IMG/VR virus record: IMGVR_UViG_3300020030_000118
Coordinates: 1-6,260 of that record
Direction: 5' to 3' (one strand)
Origin: a virus
DNA: 6,260 nt
Below, in pieces: positions 1-4,558 of the stretch. Position 1 is the stretch's first letter; each line of letters begins with the position of its first letter. Made by a program: the position numbers and the translations under genes. Below the pieces are notes generated by a model, which made no database searches, was not told the origin of the DNA, and worked only from the letters and a program-made list of their open reading frames with translations.

Positions 1-94
1 GTTTGGCCGCTGCTGCATTGATTAAATGTAGAGATAAGGTTAAACACAAGAGTTTGAATGATTTGTCTGGCATTTATTCTTACCATGACTGATA
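1..94 (+). repeat. Terminal redundancy, copy 1. Exact 94-nt duplicate of 6167..6260, i.e. the overlap of a circular-genome assembly. Bases 1..92 re-encode the last 29 codons plus the TGA stop (90..92) of the VP4/Rep gene.
   Basis: Base-by-base comparison of 1..94 (gtttggccgctgctgcattg...taccatgactgata) with 6167..6260 shows identity. The Rep ORF that ends at 6258 ends at the equivalent TGA at 90..92. Confidence 0.95.
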
Positions 95-118
95 TGTTTC
101 ACTAATTTACTTTTTTTT

Positions 119-1969
119 ATGGCTTCTTACACTGGAATGTCCAATCTTCAGAACCACCCTCACCGTTCTGGATTTGATATTGGACGTAAAAATGCCTTTA
201 CTGCAAAGGTTGGTGAGCTTCTTCCTGTCTACTGGGATATCTCGATGCCCGGTGACAAGTATAAATTTAACGTTGAGTATTTCACTCGTACTCAACCAGT
301 TGAAACGTCTGCCTATACTCGCCTTCGTGAGTACTTTGATTTTTACGCTGTGCCGTTACGTCTTCTTTGGAAGTCTGCGCCTTCTGTATTGACTCAGATG
401 CAGGATGTCAATCAGATTCAGGCGTTGTCTTTGACACAGAATTTGGCTTTAGGAACTTATTTGCCTTCATTCCAAATTTCTCTTTTGGGTACTTCTTTGT
501 ATTCTTTAAATGGTGGTAGTTGGACTCCTGGCAATTCTGCTTCTTTAAAGAATATGTTTGGTTTTAATCGTGCTGATTTAGCTTTCAAGCTTTTATCATA
601 TCTTGGATATGGTAATATTATAGGTTCTATTCCTCCTTCTGGTAATCGTTGGTGGTCTACTTCTTTGAAAAATACTGATGATGCTTCTAATTATACTCAA
701 CAGTATATACAGAATAATTATGTGAATGTTTTTCCTCTTTTGGCTTATCAGAAAATTTATCAGGACTTTTTCCGCTGGTCTCAATGGGAAAATTCTAACC
801 CATCGGCTTATAATGTAGACTATTTTTCCGGTATTTCGCCTTCTTTGGTTGACGTTTTACCTGTTTTTTCTTCTTCTTCTGCTTACTGGAAATCCGACAC
901 AATGTTTGACCTCAAATATTGTAACTGGAACAAGGATATGCTAATGGGTGTTCTCCCGAATTCCCAATTTGGCGACGTCGCCGTTATTGATTTTCCTGAT
1001 TCTGGCTCTGTTGATGTTGTTTTAGGCTCTGATACCGCAAAGAGTAAGGTTGGTGTTCTTTCTTCAGTTACTTCTAATACGGCTCCAGTTCCTTTTTTCG
1101 CTTTGGGTGCTTCCGCTTCTAACACTGTTCCTTCTGGCTCTTCTCTCCGTGCTGATTTGTCTACTTTAAAATCTCAGTTCAGTGTTCTTGCTCTTCGTCA
1201 GGCAGAGGCTCTTCAACGTTGGAAAGAAATTAGTCAGTCTGGTGATTCTGATTATCGTGAACAAATTCGTAAGCACTTTGGTGTTAACTTGCCCCAGGCT
1301 CTTTCCAATATGTGTACATATATCGGTGGTATTTCTCGCAATCTTGATATTAGTGAGGTTGTGAACAATAACCTTGCTGCTGAAGGTGATACTGCTGTTA
1401 TTGCTGGAAAAGGTGTAGGTGCTGGTAATGGTTCATTTACATATACTACCAATGAACATTGTGTCGTTATGTGTATTTATCATGCTGTACCTTTGCTTGA
1501 TTATTCTATTACTGGTCAAGACGGACAGCTGTTGGTTACTGATGCCGAGTCATTGCCGATTCCGGAGTTCGATAATATTGGTATGGAAACTCTTCCCATG
1601 ACCCAGATTTTCAATTCTCCGCTCGCCACCGCTTTCAACTTGTTTAACGCCGGATATAATCCTCGTTATTTCAATTGGAAGACTAAGCTTGACGTTATCA
1701 ACGGAGCGTTTACTACTACTCTGAAGTCTTGGGTTTCTCCGGTTACCGAATCTTTGCTTTCCGGTTGGGCACAATTTGCTAGTTCTACTCCTAATACTGA
1801 AAATAAGGTTGCTTTGAACTATAAGTTCTTTAAGGTCAATCCTTCTGCCCTTAATCCTATTTTTGGCGTTAATGCTGATTCTACTTGGGACACTGACCAA
1901 CTTTTGATTAACTCTTATATTGGTTGTTATGTTGCCCGTAATTTGTCTCGTGATGGTGTACCTTACTAA
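119..1969 (+). CDS. VP1: Microviridae major capsid protein (VP1 / phiX174 F-protein family), 616 aa
   Basis: Longest ORF with an ATG start. The N-terminus (NHPHRSGFDIGRKNAFTAKVGELLPVYWDISMPGDKYKF...YTRLREYFDFYAVPLRLLWK) and the central block (FSVLALRQAEALQRWKE...YREQIRKHFGV...YIGG) are recognisable conserved blocks of microvirus F/VP1 capsid proteins. Third-position T bias is strong. The size is typical of Alpavirinae-like VP1. Confidence 0.96.
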   Translation: MASYTGMSNLQNHPHRSGFDIGRKNAFTAKVGELLPVYWDISMPGDKYKFNVEYFTRTQPVETSAYTRLREYFDFYAVPLRLLWKSAPSVLTQMQDVNQIQALSLTQNLALGTYLPSFQISLLGTSLYSLNGGSWTPGNSASLKNMFGFNRADLAFKLLSYLGYGNIIGSIPPSGNRWWSTSLKNTDDASNYTQQYIQNNYVNVFPLLAYQKIYQDFFRWSQWENSNPSAYNVDYFSGISPSLVDVLPVFSSSSAYWKSDTMFDLKYCNWNKDMLMGVLPNSQFGDVAVIDFPDSGSVDVVLGSDTAKSKVGVLSSVTSNTAPVPFFALGASASNTVPSGSSLRADLSTLKSQFSVLALRQAEALQRWKEISQSGDSDYREQIRKHFGVNLPQALSNMCTYIGGISRNLDISEVVNNNLAAEGDTAVIAGKGVGAGNGSFTYTTNEHCVVMCIYHAVPLLDYSITGQDGQLLVTDAESLPIPEFDNIGMETLPMTQIFNSPLATAFNLFNAGYNPRYFNWKTKLDVINGAFTTTLKSWVSPVTESLLSGWAQFASSTPNTENKVALNYKFFKVNPSALNPIFGVNADSTWDTDQLLINSYIGCYVARNLSRDGVPY

Positions 1970-1981
1970 ATCTTTTTAATT

Positions 1982-2464
1982 ATGATTGGAAAGTTTAATT
2001 CTTTAAAAAATTTGGAACAAGATTCCGATCTTATTCCCAATGTTGAGCCGGATGCTTTTGCCGTTGCTCCTTCTTTTGATTGTACCGAGGAACTTCGTGT
2101 AGAAATCGATGATTCTAATGAAGCTCGCCCGGTTCGTTATACATCTGATGTTCGTTTGATTCTTCACACTAAAGACTTGGCTTCTCGTGCTGGTCTTACT
2201 GTTGCTTCTAAGTTTGGCCAAAATAAACAATCTGTTTCTCAGATTCAACAGATTATGGATTCAATGTCTGATGATGACCTTTTGAATACGGTTCGTTCCC
2301 GTCATATTCAGGCTCCTTCTGAGATTATTGCCTGGTCTAAGGAATTGTCGGCTTATGCTGAAAATCTTGAGTCTCAAGCACAAGAATTGATTGATGCTGA
2401 AACTGCTAAACAAGAAGCAGAAAAGGCGGCTGCTGCTTCCGCTCCTGCTGCTTCTTCTGAATAA
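1982..2464 (+). CDS. Hypothetical acidic protein, 160 aa. Possible internal scaffolding-type (VP3-like) protein, judged by position and composition only.
   Basis: ATG start 12 nt after the VP1 stop. Codon bias (T3) matches the neighbouring genes. The stop TAA (2462..2464) overlaps the next ATG (2464..2466) as TAATG. The protein is net acidic, with a helical C-terminal part (ENLESQAQELIDAETAKQEAEKAAAASAPAASSE). I recognise no family motif with certainty. Confidence 0.7.
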   Translation: MIGKFNSLKNLEQDSDLIPNVEPDAFAVAPSFDCTEELRVEIDDSNEARPVRYTSDVRLILHTKDLASRAGLTVASKFGQNKQSVSQIQQIMDSMSDDDLLNTVRSRHIQAPSEIIAWSKELSAYAENLESQAQELIDAETAKQEAEKAAAASAPAASSE

Positions 2465-3525
2465 TGGGTCTTCTTGGTTCAGTTGCTGGTGGTCTCTTTG
2501 GTATTGGTTCTTCTGCTATTCAAAATTCGCAGAATAGACAAAATGTCCGGGAGACCAATCAGATGAACTATAAGATAAACCAGATGAACAACCAGTTTAA
2601 CGAGCGTATGGCAATGCAGCAGCGCGATTTCCAGGAAAATATGTGGAATAAGGAGAACGCATATAACACTGCCTCCGCGCAACGTCAACGTCTCGAAGAA
2701 GCTGGTTTAAATCCTTATCTGATGATGAACGGTGGTTCTGCCGGTACTGCTCAATCTGTTGGTACCGGTGCAACCGCTTCATCTTCCGGTAATGCTCAGA
2801 TGCAACCTTTCCAGGCTGATTATTCAGGCGTCCAGCAGGCTATCGGCTCTGTGTTTCAATCCCAGGTTCAGCAAGCTCAGGTATCACAGTTACAAGGTCA
2901 AAAGAATCTTGCGGATGCCCAGGCTATGCAGGCTCTTTCTAATGTTGATTGGTCTAAAATGACAAAAGAGACACGTGAGTATCTGAAAGCTACTGGTTTG
3001 GCTCGTGCCCAGCTTGGCTATTCCAAGGAAATGCAGGAATTGGATAATATGGCTTTTGCCGGTCGTCTCCTTCAGGCTCAAGGTACAACGCAATTGCTTG
3101 ATGCTGAAACTAAGACTGTTCTTAATAAGTATCTCGACCAGCAACAACAAGCTGATTTGAGTACAAAGGCTGCCGAATATTATAATCAAATGTCTCATGG
3201 CCATCTGAATTATAATCAGGCTAAGAAAGTCCTTGCTGATGAAGTGTTAACTTATGCCCGTGCCAAAGGTCAGAAAATCAGTAATAAGGTTGCTGAATCT
3301 ACTGCTGATTCTTTGATTCGAGCTTCCAATGCCTCTAATCATTCGAATGCTGAATTTGAGCTTGAAGCTGCTAAATTTAATCGCGAACGTGCTCGTTCTC
3401 GTAGTATCGAGGATTGGTATCGTTCTCGTAATGAAGGCAAGAAATACAAGTATTATGACGCTGATAAGGCCGTTCATTATGGTACCTCTATCGGTAATAC
3501 TATAGGAACCTTTCTGCCCTGGTAG
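2464..3525 (+). CDS. VP2: Microviridae minor capsid / DNA pilot protein (VP2-like, functional analogue of phiX174 H), 353 aa
   Basis: Gly-rich hydrophobic N-terminus (MGLLGSVAGGLFGIGSS), then a Q/N-rich helical region. The block NTASAQRQRLEEAGLNPYLMMNGG matches the characteristic (A/S)xQRxxxxAGLNP(x)L signature of microvirus VP2 proteins. It sits immediately downstream of the capsid gene module. Confidence 0.85.
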   Translation: MGLLGSVAGGLFGIGSSAIQNSQNRQNVRETNQMNYKINQMNNQFNERMAMQQRDFQENMWNKENAYNTASAQRQRLEEAGLNPYLMMNGGSAGTAQSVGTGATASSSGNAQMQPFQADYSGVQQAIGSVFQSQVQQAQVSQLQGQKNLADAQAMQALSNVDWSKMTKETREYLKATGLARAQLGYSKEMQELDNMAFAGRLLQAQGTTQLLDAETKTVLNKYLDQQQQADLSTKAAEYYNQMSHGHLNYNQAKKVLADEVLTYARAKGQKISNKVAESTADSLIRASNASNHSNAEFELEAAKFNRERARSRSIEDWYRSRNEGKKYKYYDADKAVHYGTSIGNTIGTFLPW

Positions 3526-3548
3526 TGCTTTTTGTTTGTTGTGTGTTT

Positions 3549-3582
3549 ACCCGGCTCGTAGTGATACGCGTCGGGTTTTGTT
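3549..3582 (+). terminator. Candidate intrinsic terminator after the structural gene block
   Basis: The hairpin ACCCGGCTCGTA-GTGA-TACGCGTCGGGT (3549..3576) has 12 stem positions with one T/C mismatch and one G.T pair, and a GNRA-type GTGA loop. It is followed directly by a T-run (TTTTGTTG) and begins 24 nt after the VP2 stop. Confidence 0.5.
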
Positions 3583-3620
3583 GCTTGGAGTAACTTCTGG
3601 CAACCGCGCGAAGCGTGGTT
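3580..3620 (+). other. Two adjacent, edge-overlapping stem-loops in the packaged strand, the second containing a GCGAAGC mini-hairpin
   Basis: 3580..3604, GTTGCTTGGA-gtaac-TTCTGGCAAC, forms about 10 stem positions with wobbles and one mismatch. 3602..3620, AACCGC-GCGAAGC-GTGGTT, forms an 8-bp stem (one G.T pair) closed by a GAA loop. GCGAAGC itself is at 3608..3614. Confidence 0.6.
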
Positions 3621-3701
3621 ATACACCCCCTGAATTCCGGGAGACCCTGTCGACTGGAATCAGAGCCGTTAGGCTATAGTACTGCCTTCCTCAAATCTTG
3701 A

Positions 3702-3720
3702 TGCTTGCAACGCGTAAGCA
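3702..3720 (+). other. Stem-loop TGCTTGC-aacgc-GTAAGCA
   Basis: A 7-position stem (one G.T pair) with a 5-nt loop, found by hand pairing. It contains an ACGCGT palindrome. Confidence 0.5.
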
Positions 3721-3802
3721 ATTTCCCGGAGAACCTTTCTTTGCCGTCGCTGCTATACCCTAAAATCTCCTTTGACGAAGTCTACATGAGTTTGCCCGGA
3801 GG

Positions 3803-3827
3803 GAAAGCTATTTACCTCATAGCTTTC
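3803..3827 (+). other. Perfect 9-bp inverted repeat: GAAAGCTAT (3803..3811), loop TTACCTC, ATAGCTTTC (3819..3827)
   Basis: The two arms are exact reverse complements. A third partial copy, ATAGCTT at 3879..3885, could pair alternatively with 3805..3811. Confidence 0.7.
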
Positions 3828-3891
3828 AGTCTCTCCTTGTCTTATAAGCGCAAACTCACAGACCAGCCTGCCACCCATATAGCTTATTGTT

Positions 3892-3905
3892 TATTAATGT
3901 TAATA
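3892..3905. repeat. AT-rich palindrome TATTAA-TG-TTAATA immediately upstream of the candidate promoter
   Basis: The 6-nt arms are exact reverse complements separated by 2 nt. Confidence 0.6.
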
Positions 3906-3918
3906 TTTTACGTTGACA

Positions 3919-3951
3919 TTTGTTTTTTTCAAGCATTTATTTATATCTTTG
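3919..3951 (+). promoter_or_regulatory. Candidate Bacteroidetes-type promoter: -33 TTTG (3919..3922), a 21-nt spacer, then -7 TAtcTTTG (3944..3951)
   Basis: It matches the published Bacteroides primary-sigma consensus TTTG-N19-21-TAnnTTTG. It lies in the only AT-rich noncoding stretch, just upstream of the first small ORF. A TTGACA hexamer is also present at 3913..3918, but no well-spaced TATAAT follows it. Confidence 0.45.
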
Positions 3952-3993
3952 CTGTGTCTTTAAAAACAATGTCTAATTTAAATTTTTGTTCTT

Positions 3994-4167
3994 ATGGAAA
4001 AGTATTATTTGTGCTCCGTTCAATCAAAAACGAATCCTAATCAGAATGAAACTATTCTCGTTCCCGTTGATGAAGTTTCTCAATTTGTTTCTTCGCATCT
4101 TTGTCCTGATTGCGTGCTTATTATTTCTTATTGTTCAACCTTTAAAGCAATTCCTGATGAAAAGTGA
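3994..4167 (+). CDS. Small hypothetical protein, 57 aa (MEKYYLCSVQSKTNPNQNETILVPVDEVSQFVSSHLCPDCVLIISYCSTFKAIPDEK). Not in the supplied ORF track, which lists nothing shorter than 60 aa.
   Basis: Hand translation from the ATG at 3994 to the TGA at 4165..4167. By hand count, 32 of 57 codons end in T, the same bias as VP1, VP2 and VP4. The overlapping frame (4046..4165) has only 12 of 40. The protein contains His35, a Cys37-Pro-Asp-Cys40 motif, and also Cys7 and Cys47. Confidence 0.45.
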   Translation: MEKYYLCSVQSKTNPNQNETILVPVDEVSQFVSSHLCPDCVLIISYCSTFKAIPDEK

Positions 4168-4246
4168 AACTAAATCTAAAATTTGGTCTGCAATTATTGC
4201 AGCTGCTGTCAGTCTTCTTACGTCTATTGCTCAAATATTTTCGTAA
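4157..4246 (+). CDS. Putative 29-aa single-pass membrane peptide (MKSETKSKIWSAIIAAAVSLLTSIAQIFS). This is my preferred reading of the 3' part of track ORF 3986..4246. The alternative start, ATG 4046, would give a 66-aa two-TM protein.
   Basis: A charged N-terminus is followed by a ~20-residue hydrophobic stretch. After 4166, 15 of 26 codons end in T (hand count), supporting translation in this frame only downstream of the 57-aa ORF. The ATG at 4157 overlaps the end of the 57-aa ORF by 11 nt. The stop is 3 nt before the peptidase ATG. Confidence 0.4.
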   Translation: MKSETKSKIWSAIIAAAVSLLTSIAQIFS

Positions 4247-4249
4247 GTC

Positions 4250-4558
4250 ATGAATCCGGCATTAATGAAATTTATTGAATGGCTCCTTCGTTGGAATATC
4301 CATTTCTCGGTTACTTCTGCTTTTCGTACTAAGAAAGAGAATGAAGCGTGTGGAGGTTCTGATAATTCCCAGCACTTAACTGGCGATGCTGTTGATTTGA
4401 AACCTCTTAATCTTTCAGTGGATGATTTTATTTTGAAAATCAAAAATTCTGGTTTTGAATTTGACCAACTTATAAAGTATCGGACTTTTGTTCACATTTC
4501 TTTCGCACGTTGTCGCAAGCCTCGTCGAATGGAACTTAATTTTACTGATAGAAAATGA
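4250..4558 (+). CDS. Zinc D,D- or L,D-peptidase of the M15 (VanY / Peptidase_M15_3-4 like) family, a minimal 102-aa endolysin-type cell-wall hydrolase
   Basis: All signature elements are present in order. They are SAFRT (SxxR), GGSDNSQHLTGDAVD (the H-x6-D zinc ligands: His42 at 4373..4375 and Asp49 at 4394..4396), and FVHISF (the third ligand, His82 at 4493..4495). The stop overlaps the VP4 start as ATGA (4555..4558). Confidence 0.88.
   Translation: MNPALMKFIEWLLRWNIHFSVTSAFRTKKENEACGGSDNSQHLTGDAVDLKPLNLSVDDFILKIKNSGFEFDQLIKYRTFVHISFARCRKPRRMELNFTDRK

Noticed and set aside
62-100. Possible second promoter upstream of VP1 (TTTG at 62..65, TAtgTTTc at 93..100)
   Set aside because: The -7 element lacks the terminal G, and the spacer is 27 nt, outside the 19 to 21 nt range of the Bacteroides consensus. 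It also overlaps the end of the Rep ORF.
3635-3803. Three copies of a TTnCC(C/G)GGAG(A/G) motif (about 3635, 3722 and 3791) that might be iterons
   Set aside because: The shared core is only 6 to 7 nt. Several repeated 7-mers are expected by chance within a ~400-nt region, and the spacing (88 and 70 nt) is irregular. It is noted only as something to revisit if relatives conserve it.
3705-4040. 111-aa + strand ORF spanning the intergenic region
   Set aside because: It begins at TTG rather than ATG, runs straight through the hairpin cluster and the candidate promoter, and lacks the third-position T bias of the real genes over most of its length. Its product looks like a random hydrophobic or low-complexity sequence. 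A short ATG-initiated tail (3969..4040, 23 aa) cannot be excluded but has no support.
4046-4156. N-terminal extension that would make the small membrane protein a 66-aa two-TM, class II holin-like protein
   Set aside because: Codon-phase evidence favours the overlapping 57-aa frame here: 12/40 versus 32/57 T-ending codons. The first hydrophobic segment is explained by the frame artefact. It is kept as an alternative in the feature note rather than called.
4154-4170. CTGATGA ... GAAAC resembling hammerhead ribozyme core elements (also CTGATGAG at 5102..5109)
   Set aside because: No helix II can form between the two boxes, there are no flanking complementary helices I and III, and both sites lie inside coding sequence.
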